Positions 52,269 through 64,000 of a DNA stretch of 64,000 bases are shown one piece after another. The stretch lies in contig OX597817.1 in the NCBI GenBank assembly GCA_951406725.2, positions 152,706,001 to 152,770,000 on the forward strand, read 5' to 3'. How positions within the stretch are numbered: position 1 is the first letter of the stretch; every line of letters begins with the position of its first letter. Source of the DNA: Octopus vulgaris (Eukaryota). The notes beneath the pieces were generated by a model. The model did not search any database. It was not told where the DNA came from and saw nothing but the letters and a program-made list of their open reading frames with translations. Position numbers and translations under genes: made by a program.

Positions 52269-52339
52269 TCCATCGTTACTGCGTACCACTTGTGTAACAA
52301 TTCCTTAAAGTGCAGTAACCTGGAAAAAATCAAATCAAA

Positions 52340-52790
52340 TCAGTAGTCTCGTTATCTCACCATGACACGTAATCCTAAAGCTACAACATTAAATACTGAA
52401 CAAAAGATTATAAAAAATAGTTGAATTAAAAAGAAAAGTATAGTTGCATAATCGTTAGAACTTGCAGTGTCAACTTTAAAAGCTATAATGAATCAATGGG
52501 AAAAATACATAAAAACAAAAATGAAATAAATAAAAATCATAATCAAAATCCAAGTGAACATAACTGTTCTCAGTTAACAGGCACAGGCAGTAAAACCATG
52601 AAAAATAGGGAGAAAATTGTTAGTGGGCGATTCACTCACAAGCCATTCATTATTCAGAAAAGGACATTAAATTTATTTAATTAGTTGAGACAGAAAGAAA
52701 CTGAGAAACCCACTGAAATATTTGTTGCTTCTCGTAAATGGTTTGAAAAATTTAAGAAACGATTAAATCGCCCATAACATTCCGGCATTT
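52340..52790 (+). pseudogene. Tigger/pogo transposase CENP-B-type HTH remnant
   Basis: EIFVASRKWFEKFKKR (~52716-52765) matches F.AS.GWF..FK.R; IIQKRTLNLF upstream. Confidence 0.55.
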
Positions 52791-53262
52791 GCTTCCGTGT
52801 ATGTACTCGTGTAAATGTGTATGCGCATGTGTAGAGGTGTTGTAGGTTTACTGTATTTTGAATACAGTGGATTGGTAGAATCGTTTGAGCGTCCGGTAAA
52901 AGCGATTCGGGATATTTGCTCCGGCTCTCTACGTCCTGAAATTAAATCCCGTCGAAGTCAGCTTTGCCTTTTATCTCTCTGGAGCCGATAACGTAAATCT
53001 GTCAAATTCCGTTGTCGTTGTTATCGACTAACCCTCTCCCTAAATTGTTAAATTACTGGCTTTGTTCCAGACAGTAATATAAAAAGTAAAATGGAACATT
53101 AATTTCGTTAATCAGTTGCCATATTTCATTCCATAACGGTTATCTTTGATGAGCGTAGTGTTACGTAATCGGACTATTACCTAACACTCCATTGAATCCC
53201 TAGCGCGAAACCGACTGCTAAGATCGGCCGTAATGGATATATAATACTGTACATTTCGATTA

Positions 53263-53295
<33 letters not shown>

Positions 53296-53300
<5 letters not shown>

Positions 53301-53993
53301 TCAATTGAAATAAACAATCAATTCAAATAATGCTCTATGAACACTGCAAAGGATGTAAGACGTGACACGGACAGCTGCGACAGGGACTACGAAATGTGGC
53401 CATCAAGAAGGGACATTCATGTGACGTCAGGAGACAGTGTGACGTTATTCCACCCCTTATCTTTGAACACGGCCTTAGGCTCAATTCAGACGGCTATGTG
53501 AAACTGCTGGCGGTTGTGGTCAATGCCTGGCTGGAGAGGCTTGCTACTGGAAGGCCTTATGTGTGACAGCAGGGTTCAATTCCTTTACCTTACCTCCAGA
53601 AAGAGTCAGAAATGGTTGTCGGGCAATTTCTACGACTTCTCCAGCTCCAATTTCTGGTCTCCTAATTCACCCGATTGTAATCTCATGTCTGATTGTAATC
53701 TATGTCTGAAACGCGGTTGAGAAAGACACCAACTGCTCTGTCTACAACACCAAGGCCAAAGAGGTATTCGAAGATCTCCCGAGGGACACAGTGAGGAACG
53801 CATGTACCAGGTTACCGAGCTGTCTTGAGGCCATTGTGGAAGCTTATGGCGGCTACTATGAGCAAACTGTTATCTCCCAGCCATAATCTAGTTGATATGT
53901 TTTGATTCTTTTAAATACTTTTAATTTTGGAAGGGATATTATGCTTTCTTCCCCTTTTATGCAAACTGTCAAATTTAATTTCAACACGCTGTA
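53296..53993 (+). mobile_element. Deleted Tc1/mariner element related to 29216-30094
   Basis: GRPYV, TSRKSQKWLSGNFYDFSSSNFWSPNSPDCN; degenerate TA-CAG...TTGAAAT / ATTTCAA...CTG-TA ends. Confidence 0.7.
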
Positions 53994-54344
53994 TATATAT
54001 ATATGTCGTCTTCTATCTGTCTCTCTCTCTCTTCTTCTTTCTCTTTCTCTCTCTCTCTCGTTGCTCACACGTGACCATCTTTCTTTTCCTGCACGGATGT
54101 TCTAAGGACTGGACGTCTCCTATCTATCTCTTCTATCTTTTCTCTTTTCAAAGAAAATATTTCTCTCAGCGTTCACTATTTCCCCCTCGTTCTGGTCTAA
54201 CGACCCTCCATGTTTGTCTTCGTTTGATTTCCTTGTTTGTCTCCACTGTCCTGTTTTTGTTCCCAACTTTGACCCACCATAAATCCAAAATTATATTTTG
54301 GTATTTATAGGAGCAACTGTTTTCGAAAACTCATATTGTTGTTG

Positions 54345-54510
54345 ATTGCTCGAAATGGAGAGTAGATAGACAGCTGACAACTGATGAAGGGTCGTTCTTT
54401 GTATTCTTTGTATTACTTGTCCTGTTTTCCATTTTCTCTCTCGTTTACGAATTTAACTCATTTGTTTCCGTATTTCTTGTTGTTTACTGTTAATGACGTC
54501 CTGTACACAT
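54345..54510 (+). repeat. Dispersed copy of the sequence forming the palindrome arm at 12004-12165
   Basis: TGCTCGAAATG..AGTAGATAGACA...AACTGATGAAGGGTCGTTCTTT...TTACTTGTCCTGTTTTCCATTT...TGACGTCCTGTA. Confidence 0.8.
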
Positions 54511-54516
54511 ATATGC

Positions 54517-54582
<66 letters not shown>

Positions 54583-54583
<1 letters not shown>

Positions 54584-54890
54584 GGCGCAGATGTGGATGT
54601 CTGGTAAAAAGCATGCTTCCCAACCACATGGTTCCGGGTTCAGTCCCACTGCGTGGCACCTTGAGCCTGTGTCTTCTACTATGGCCTCGGGCCAACCGAA
54701 GCCTCCTGAGTGGATTTGGTAGATGGAAACTGAAAGAAGCCCGTCGTATATATAGGTATGTGCGTGTCTGTGTTTGTCCCCCCAAAATCACTTGACAACC
54801 GATGTTGGTGTGTTTACGTCCCCGTAACTTAGTGGATCGGCAAAAGAAACCAATAGAATAAGTACGAGGCTTACAAAGAATAAGTCCTGA
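54583..54890 (+). mobile_element. SINE family A, 3'-truncated
   Basis: Colinear with 24527-24845. Confidence 0.85.
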
Positions 54891-55768
54891 ACGGTTTCGT
54901 CATTCTGCGTGCACCTCGGACAAGCCCGTCTGATAGCACATCAGTACCTGTAGAGTTCATCTCGAACCGGTAGTGTTCCCCGGTAGCACTGGCAAGCCAA
55001 GGACATCTGGAAGTTATCCTTGATAATTCCCGACCGGAAAGTCCTCCGGCTCGTTTTCGTCGGTACCCAGAGTCTCCTCGAGAAGTAGCTTGCTAACCAA
55101 CTACATAGTTCCGGGTTCAGTCCCGCTGCGTGGCATCTTGGGCAAGTATCTTTTGCTATAGCCCCGGGCCGACCAATGCCTTGTGAGTGGATTTGGTAGA
55201 CGGAAACTGAAAGAAGCCTGTCGTATGTATATATATATATATATATGTGTGCGTGTGTGTATGTGTGTGTGTTTGTGTGTCTGTGTTTGTCCCCCTAGCA
55301 TTGCTTGACAACTGATGCTAGTGTGTTTACGTCCCCGTCACTTAGCGGTTCGGCAAAAGAGACCGATAGAATAAGTACTGGGCTTACAAAGAATAAGTCC
55401 CGGGGTCGATTTGCTCGACTAAAGGCGGTGCTCCAGCATGGCCGCAGTCAAATGACTGAAACAAGTAAAAGAGTAAAGAGTATACACCGATCCCATTGTC
55501 CGACTGTGTGCGCCTGACGATATTCTAGGTGCCAGGCGCCCAGTCTCGGTCTTTTCTTCAACGAGACAGGCTGCGGAAATACGAGCCTCACAAACGGGGC
55601 CCACAAACGATCACTGTCCAGAAATTGTTGAAGGTGGCGTAACTGACCGCCTGACCATTGGAACGCATCTCTTCCACAAGAATTTAAATAAGAGACGCTC
55701 CAACCTGGTCAAACAGTAACTGGGACAAGACACGACGGTCAAGTAATAAATGATAACGGAGGCGTTTT
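54891..55768 (-). pseudogene. Older Tx1/L1 ORF2 C-terminal fragments, split by SINE A (55083-55481, plus strand)
   Basis: DNFQMSLACQCYRGTLPVRDELYR..RACPRCTQNDETV and YYLTVVSCP..LERLLFKFLWK, KRPRLGAWHLEYRQA align with ORF 39715-42042. Confidence 0.85.
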
Positions 55769-56270
55769 GACCTTAACTGATAGGAAGTGTTATCATGTAC
55801 ATGTTTTGTCTTACTATAAAAGATGGGGTACAACATATATTCTGGTTAATACCGCAGATTTTCTTGTCAGTTGCTTGACCTAAACTAGTTGAGAATATCT
55901 TTTAGCAGCTGACGATATGTGTATCTCTGATCACGAGCAAGTGAACTGGGGGGGGGGGGGAGCATCATAACCATGTGTCGAAAGGAATTCTTTGGGGTTT
56001 GAATTATTCATCTCTAGAAACATGGGTGTTTTGTTCATCCTTAAATAAACCTTGTTTAGGGACCTTTTGGACAGGAAAAAATTCTAAGTGGGTCCCACTT
56101 ACAAGGTCATGCGCTTTTAATCTTGATATGAGATCACTATGTCGTGCACATATGGTTGTGATGCATGTGCCTAGTGTACCCTTATCAGACGAGTAGTCAT
56201 AATGGGTATATTGGGCTTCTTATATTTGTATCCTAGTGTCACATTGATGGCATGCATTGCTCTCTCACCC
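55768..56270 (+). mobile_element. (TAA)n-associated non-coding element, third copy
   Basis: Homologous to 17825-18327. Confidence 0.8.
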
Positions 56271-56291
56271 AAGAAGAAAAATAATAATAAT

Positions 56292-57587
56292 AAACACTTT
56301 AGCTGTCCCAGTTATAAGTTACAGCTACAATATCCTTAACTGGATATGAACTGACCAAAATAGATAGGAAAACAAGAAAAATAATGACAGGATCTAGGAT
56401 GCATCACCCAAAATCTAACATAGAAAGACTATATATACAACGTACAGAAGGTGATAGAGGCCTTATACAGCTGGAAAACTACTATAAAATAACCATCATA
56501 TGACTGCAAAATATCTACTTCAGAAGGAAGGAAAACTGATACAAATAGCGGCAAAACACGAGCAAAACAAAAAACTGTTCTCAGTATTTAAGGAAGCTGA
56601 CAAATACAAACAAGAAATCATACCACCTAACAAATATGAAGAAGGAGATGAAGAAACAACAAGAGCTATAAAACAAATGAAATCCAAACTAAAACTAGAA
56701 CAGCAAAGAACCATGATAAAACGATGGCAAGAAAGGCCCCTTCATGGTAAATACTGGACTAAACTAAATTCAAAAGAAATAGACAAAGAAAAATCCCAGC
56801 AATGGTTGAGAAGCTCAGGACTCAAAGCAGAGACAGAGGGATTTTTAATTGCAGCACAAGACCAAAGCCTCCCCACCAGAAATTACCAAAAACATGTAAT
56901 GAAAAGAAATATAACAAGTAACTGCAGAATATGTGGAGATGGACAAGAAACAATAAATCATATTATCTCTGGCTGCCCAGTCCTGGCTAAGAAGGAATAT
57001 ATTCACAGACATGACAGAGTTGGGACCTACATACACTGGAAGCTATGCCAACATTATGGAATAACAACAGAAAAAAGATGGTATAGGCACACACCAGAAA
57101 AGGTCACAGAAAACGAGAAAGCAACCATACTCTGGGATATGCCGATACACACAGATAGAGAAATTAAGGCCAACAGACCAGATATAGTTGTCAGAGATCA
57201 TGAAGAAAAAAATGCTTTCTAATTGATGTATCAATACCAGCAGATGACAACGTGTCTCTAAAAGAAATGGAGAAACTTTCAAAATACAAAGACCTGGAAA
57301 TAGAGGTAACCAGAATGTGGAATCTAAAAACAGAAACAATTCCTAACATAGTAGGTTCATTAGGCATGATAAAAAAATATTTAGACAAATACATAACAAA
57401 AACACCAGGACTTACAAACACATATAACATACAGAAAATTGCACTACTAGGCACTGCACATATCCTACGAAGAACACTTTCCATGCAATAACCATCAGAG
57501 CATCACAACAAATCACAGCACATACCCAAGGCACACAGAGCTGCGCTCGGTAGTGAAGTGAAAGCACGCTATAAAAATAAAACTACG

Positions 57588-57590
<3 letters not shown>
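56292..57590 (+). mobile_element. 5'-truncated R4/Dong-type retrotransposon (second family), frameshifted, (TAA)n on both sides
   Basis: INTLAVPVISYSY, IDRKTRKIMT..HHPKSNIERLY, RPLHGKY, WLRSSGLKAETEGFLIAAQDQ, CRIC..HIISGC, RHD, NRPDIV, LIDVSIP, KLSKYKDL. Confidence 0.9.
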
Positions 57591-57620
<30 letters not shown>

Positions 57621-59089
57621 TAATTTCTGACATAGTCACAAAGCCTGGAATTTCAGAAGAGAGGATGCTCGACCTTCGTATTTGACTGCTACTTTATTCG
57701 ACCTTCATTTTTAAATGATACTTGGTTTTTTTCAATCCAGCTGGATTTGAACTCAGGACATAAAACGCCGGAACAAATACCACAAGATATTTTGTGCGAC
57801 TCTCAAACGATTTTACCAACCCATTGTTTCTAATTTAGGCATATGGCCAGCAATTTCAAGGGTAGAGGTTATTGGATTATATCGACCTCGTTACTATGCT
57901 CTTTATTTTATCGACTCCGAAAGATGAAGTGGAGTTGACTTCTGCGAGATTTGAACTCAAGACGTAAAGATTCAAAACAGGTACTACAAGACATCTTTTC
58001 GACGCTCTAATGATTTTTTCCAATTTAATGCGCTTCTTAATTCTAACATCGCCATAAGGCCTCAAGTTAGGAGGAGACTTATATTTGGTTAATCGACTTC
58101 AATATTTGACTGATATTTCCTTTCATCGGTCTCAGAAAGATGAAATGTAAAAGACAACCGAAGTGGGATTTGAACTCAGAAGGCAAAAGGCCTGAACAAA
58201 TATGGTGAGGAATTTTGCTCGATATTCGTAACGGTTCTATCAACCTACAATGCTGTATCCAATAGCACACGAATGCTAAACAAAGAGACACATGAATTGA
58301 GGAGGAAAAAAATAAAACAAAACGAACTGATGGAAAATATCAATGCGAAAACACGAATGTGTGGAGACATATAAAGAACGATAACAACACGAATTGAAAT
58401 CTATCAACTGATAGAAAGAATATATACTAAAATAAAGCAATGCAACAGGCTACAAATAAAAAAGATAACCGCAAATCAATGAAAGCATCAGAACGGAAGC
58501 CATCACATACAAGAACCCAGAAGGCTCCATAAAAAAAAAGAGAAAGAAAAGGAAGGAAGAAAGAATGCAGTGTAATAGAAACATCAAACTTACATTAAAT
58601 GGGCTCTCGAAACATAGCAAAAATACTGCTGGATCTATCACACGAGAAACACATAAGGCGTTATAAAAAAAAAAGGACAAACTGAAAGAAAAGAAATAAT
58701 ATCCTAAATAATGATGGAAACTATATAAAACCTCAGGGAGACATTCAACCAAATACACAGCCGCAATAAAAAAAAATATACCGTCATCAACAACGTGTGT
58801 AAGAAAAATAGAATAAAACACACTTCATAACATATCAACCAGAATTAACATCGTCGAGAGTGTGACTGAAGCATTAAAGAAAAATAGAACATGACAAAAT
58901 CGATGAATATGGATCAGTGTAATCAATCACTGAGCGAATATGCTGTACCGCGAACGAAAGAATATATAAAGAATATATAAATGGAGCAGGATCCCACCTC
59001 GTAGGAAATTCTGTCCGCGGTAACAGACTCAACGAATATCAACAGAATAAATGGATCTAATTTTATTCAGTAGTATTTGTAGTATCAAG

Positions 59090-59503
59090 AAGGCGGCGAG
59101 CTGGCAGAATCGTTAGCGCGCCGGGCGAAATGCTTAGCGGTATTTCGTCTACCGTTGCGTTCTGAGTTCAAATTCCGCCGAGGTCGACTTTGCCTTTCAT
59201 CCTTTCGGGGTCGATAAATTAAGTACCAGTTACGCACTGGGGTCGATGTAATCGACTTAATACCTATGTCTGTCCTTGTTTGTCCCCTCTATGTTTAGCC
59301 CCTTGTGGGTAATAAAGAAATAGGTATTTCGTCTGCCGTTGCGTTCTGAGTTCAAATTCCGCCGAGGTCGATTTTGCCTTTCATCCTTTCGAGGTCGATA
59401 AATTAAGTACCAGTTACGCACTGGGGTCGATATAATCGACTTAATCCGTTTGTCTGTACTTGTTTGTCCCCTCTGTATAGCCCCTTGTGGCAGTAAAGAA
59501 ATA
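59090..59503 (+). mobile_element. Young SINE B with duplicated body and tail, and an 18-bp TSD
   Basis: AGTATTTGTAGTATCAAG at 59072-59089 and 59504-59521; body and tail repeated from ~59323. Confidence 0.9.
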
Positions 59504-59914
59504 AGTATTTGTAGTATCAAGGGAAACCAGATTTGATCGTAATTAAGTCAGAGTCTCTATTGCTACTCTACCGTTTTTTTTTTGGTGGGGGGCGGAGGGG
59601 AGAGGATATTATATTCTGTAATATTAGAAAGAAACAAAATGGAATGCAGAAGTACAGATCCAAGATGAAAAATGCGGAAAGAATTCAAATAACCAAAATA
59701 GCGTTGCACGAAAAACAAACAAACGGAACAAAACTAAATAAGAAAATACACCCTGGAAACAAAGAAAAGTTTCTGCAAATACCATCAACAAAAGTGTGTA
59801 GGGTTAGAAACTTGGAAAACTGAGAGCACTTCCGCTATGAGAACAAACTATTTGAATAAACACCAAAATATTTTAGTGACAGTAACAACAACAACAATAA
59901 TAATTGTTTTTAAT

Positions 59915-60790
59915 TTTGGCACAAGGCCATAGAGTTTGAAGGGAGAGAGATCAAGTCGGTTACATCGACTCCAGTATTTTTCTGGGCTTTGTTTTATTAA
60001 CCGCGAAGAAAAATGACAGGCGTAGTTGACTCCGGCGGGATTTGAACTCAGAACGTAAATAGCTGGAAGAAATACCTCTAAGCATTTTGTCAATAACAGC
60101 GACGCAATGCCAGACATTTGGGGGTGGGAGAGGATGGATAGTCAATTACATTGATCCCAGTGCTCAACTGTACTTATTTTATTAACCCCCGAAACGGTGA
60201 AAAGCAAAGTCGACTTCGGCAGAATTTGAACCCAGAACGTAAAGTCGCTGAGTAGTAGAAATAGTAGTAGTATTAGTATTAGTAGTTGTAGTCGTCGTTG
60301 TTGTTGTTGCTGTTGTTGCTGCTGCTGCTGTTGTTTCTGTTAAAGGTGGGGAGCTTACAGAATCGTTAGCACGCCGGGCAAAACAAAATACTTAGCGGTA
60401 TTTCTTCTGGCTCTTTGCGTTCTGAGTTCAAATTCTGTCATGGTTGACGTTGCCTTTCATCCTCTCAGGGTTAATAGAATAATTACCAGTCGAGCACTGA
60501 GGTCGATATTAACGACTTACTTCCTCATCCGAACTTGCTGGCCTTGTGCCAAACTTTGAAACCAATATCCTAGTACTCATTAAGACTGTGAGCTGGCTGA
60601 ATCGTTAGCACACTGGGAAAAATGCTTTGTGGCATTTCGTCCGTCTTTACGTTCTGAGTTCAAATTCTGCTGCGATCGACTTTGCCTTTTGGGGGCAATA
60701 AAAGAAGCACAAGATAAATATTGAGGTTGATGTAATCGTCTTACTCCCCGCACTATCGAAATTGCAGGCCTTGTGCCAAAAACTGAAACC
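59915..60790. mobile_element. Cluster of diverged SINE B copies (two minus 59915-60250, two plus 60342-60790); more degenerate minus copies at 57640-58240
   Basis: Repeated TTCTGAGTTCAAAT / ATTTGAACTCAGAA core. Confidence 0.7.
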
Positions 60791-62116
60791 TTAGTACTTA
60801 CTACATTTGATCATTCTTGTGTAGACGATTTGATCCTGACTATGTTATGTCACTGACATCTTAGCATTATATTTTGTAATTTCATTTTCAATTTACTTTT
60901 TAGCTTCTTGCATTTAATCATATTTTCTCCGTAATTTTGCCATTCTCCTCTCAGAAGACTATTATCTCAGTCTCTCTTCTATATTTGTTAGTTTACATTA
61001 AGATAGAAAATAGCTTCTTTTTTCGTTCGCCTTGGTAAATGTTTGCTACCAAATTTGTTTCCTTTTATTCTTTGCCATATAAATATATACGCTTGCATTT
61101 CTAATAGGTTTCCCGTTGTAAAAGATCTATACCTAACTTTATTTCTGGTAAACATAATCTTTGTCGTGTATGTTTTTCGGCAGTCATTATTTTTCCTTGT
61201 TTACGTAACAAGGCTTACTAATTCACTTAGCTTCAAGATGAGACTATTTCTAACCGTTGCTTATTACTAAAATAGCTAAAGTATTGATACTCATTGTCTT
61301 ACTTTTGGCTAATAGCTCTGTTTTAAGTTAAGTATTAATCTAATGCACTTGTATGATTCTTTCTCGGCATTGTATTTTTTTATTTGTGTGTATTCTATTT
61401 CATGTAGCTGATTAATTACTTGTATGACTGTGATTGAACTTTCTAGTTCTTCTACCAATTTTACATTGTTGTTGAGAATAACTGGGAAGTTGAGGAACTG
61501 TTGGAAAACAACAGTCTTTCATAGGAGAACGAAAAATCACGGTCGCCAAGGCTTTCCCGGTCAGGTCAAGCTCTCTTTTGATCTTTTTTAACATCTTTTA
61601 GTCAGAAGAAAAGGCAGCGTCGATGACTTTTCACAGGACCTTAGAGACGGCTGTGTGTGTGTGTGTGTGTGTGTGTGAGTGACAGAGAGAGAGAGAGAGA
61701 AGGAGAGAAAGAGAATCTTTAAATTGCAGGCGTTGCATCAGAGTGGACTCTTCCACTAGGGACATTCAAATTGTCAGATTTAACAGATGCGTTAAATTCA
61801 GTGGCAGATCAAGCCTATCACTCATATAGGCCTTTGCGGGATTTGAAATCAGAACGCAAAGAACCGGAATAAATGCCGCAAGGTATCCATTTCTGACAAT
61901 CCACTACATTGGATTTGGCATATTTTTTTTTATTACATCCCACAAAACTTAAGGCCAAAACTAACCTTATCAGAATTTGAATTTAGAGCTCAGACAAGCA
62001 GGACAAATACAGGGTGGCGTTGTCTGATATTCTAACGACTTTGCTACTGTCAATGTCAGTTATTTGTGTTAAAAAATCTTCATTGTTTAAATTGTCGTTT
62101 TTCCTTTCTGTGTGTA

Positions 62117-62148
<32 letters not shown>

Positions 62149-62430
62149 TATGTGTGTGTGTGTAGATAGACATTTATTTCAATCCTCTTAATCTAAAAGC
62201 TGCTCAAACATTAGAGGAGTCTGCTTCTGCTATTACCATTTTTGGAGATGTGCCTTGCTACTACGGCAGGAGTCACAACGCTTACACAAAAGAATAAAAT
62301 AGTTTAATTTTTTTTTCTCATTAAAATCCAAAGTTGAAATGAAAATAATTCTTCGCCTTCTAAAGGGAGAAAAGATTAAAGTTTAAATTCTCATCTCCGT
62401 TTTCGAACAGTTCACACACACATACACACA

Positions 62431-62483
<53 letters not shown>

Positions 62484-62573
62484 GCACATACAGGTACAAA
62501 GCGCACAACATACAAAATAAACTTAAATAGTAATCTAAATTTTGCAACACTATTTTTGCCTGATTTTCAAATC

Positions 62574-62608
<35 letters not shown>

Positions 62609-62640
62609 TAATAATGATGATGATGATGATGATGATGATG

Positions 62641-62692
<52 letters not shown>

Positions 62693-63549
62693 TAAAGAAT
62701 TCAGAAGATAGAGAAAGAGAGAGACTGTGTGAGAGAGGGAGAGAGTGAGTGGGAGAGAGAGTGAGAGAGAGAAAGAGAGTAAGTGAGAGAGAGAGAGAGA
62801 AAGAAAGAGAAAGTGGAGGATATAAAGTATTGGATAATGAATAAAAAAGAAAAATGGCTGAAGACATAGAACTGAGGCCGTGAGAAGCTACAAGGCTGAA
62901 GTGGATAGGAGAATATAGAACAGGCGTAAAACCAAAAAAAACAAAAAAACAAACAAAGAAAAATCAAAACAAAAATAAATAAACAAACCAAACAAACGAA
63001 ATTATAGAAGACTGATGACATAAGACAGACAGACGATATACAGCAGAAGACAGAAGCTGGAATAAAACAAGAAATGGTAGAAGTCTTGATTCTTGTTATA
63101 AGGTTTTATTAGCTTGTACAATAGCCGAACGACAGTTTGTCCATGTTTATATTTCATAGCTTTCCATCTTTAATTGTCTCAGGTTTGTGTCCATTTCAGT
63201 AGCTTTTACGGTCGTCTGCTTAAATTTACATGGCAAATACTGTAATGTTAGTTGTTAACTTAACCTCTGGCCGAACAACAAACATTTCACGGCAGCCAAT
63301 GAATAATCCACTGCACACCATATCTCAACGCATTAGTACGCTCGTACGCAAGTATATATATATATAAATTAAATTACAGATAAAACCACTATTAGGCAAA
63401 TCAAACAGTGAAAAACATAAACCAAAACATAAAAATATAAATAATGAATATATAAATATTATATATAAATATTATATATTATATATATTATATATAAATA
63501 TTATATATAAATATTATATATTATATATATTATATATAAATATTATATA

Positions 63550-63931
63550 CAGGAGTGGCTGTGTGGTAAGTAGCTTGCTAACCAGCCACATGGTTCCGGG
63601 TTCAGTCCCACTGCGTGGCAACTTGGGCAAGTGTCTTCTGCTATAGCCCCGGGCCGACCAATGCCTTGTGAGTGGATTTGGTAGACGGAAACTGAAAGAA
63701 GCCTGTCGTATATATGTATATATATATAAGTGTGTGTGTATATGTTTGTGTGTCTGTGTTCGTCCCCCCACCATTGCTTGACAACCGATGCTGGTTCGGC
63801 AAAGAGAGACCGATAGAATAAGTAATGGGCTTACAAAGAATAAGTCCTGGGGTCGATTTCCTTACTAAAAAGCGGTGCTCCAGCATGGCCGCAGTCAAAT
63901 GACTGAAACAAGTAAAAGAGTAAAAGAGTAA
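63550..63931 (+). mobile_element. SINE family A, young copy with small internal deletion
   Basis: Nearly identical to 24527-24932. Confidence 0.9.
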
Positions 63932-64000
63932 ATATATAAATATTATATTATATTAAAATATATAAAAAATATAAAATTAAAAAAATTAAATTATTTAAGT

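Noticed and set aside
58982-59030. HDV-like ribozyme (CCC-ACCTCGT-AGG inside a hairpin)
   Set aside because: P3 is mismatched and no P2, P1.1 or catalytic C strand could be assigned.

Overview
Repeat-dense, AT-rich animal DNA with no supportable host protein-coding gene. The microsatellite load and the three tRNA-derived SINE families suggest an octopus/cephalopod genome (inference from recalled repeat families, not checked by search). Most ORFs in the supplied track are microsatellite artefacts. The main feature is a near-intact ~5.9-kb L1/Tx1-type retrotransposon (36463-42325) inserted in (ATT)n and flanked by an almost perfect ~0.65-0.7-kb direct duplication of host DNA, and a SINE subfamily in the window carries its 3' tail. 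Also present: R4/Dong-type (REL endonuclease) retroposon pieces and a non-coding element, both tied to (TAA)n; a Chapaev3-type DNA transposon with TIRs and TTA TSD nested in a SINE; hAT, mariner, pogo/Tigger and Helitron remnants; a ~1-kb fold-back palindrome; a tRNA-Ser retrocopy; a hammerhead-ribozyme candidate; and a tandem motif with compensatory base changes. Boundaries of degenerate repeats were read by eye and are approximate.
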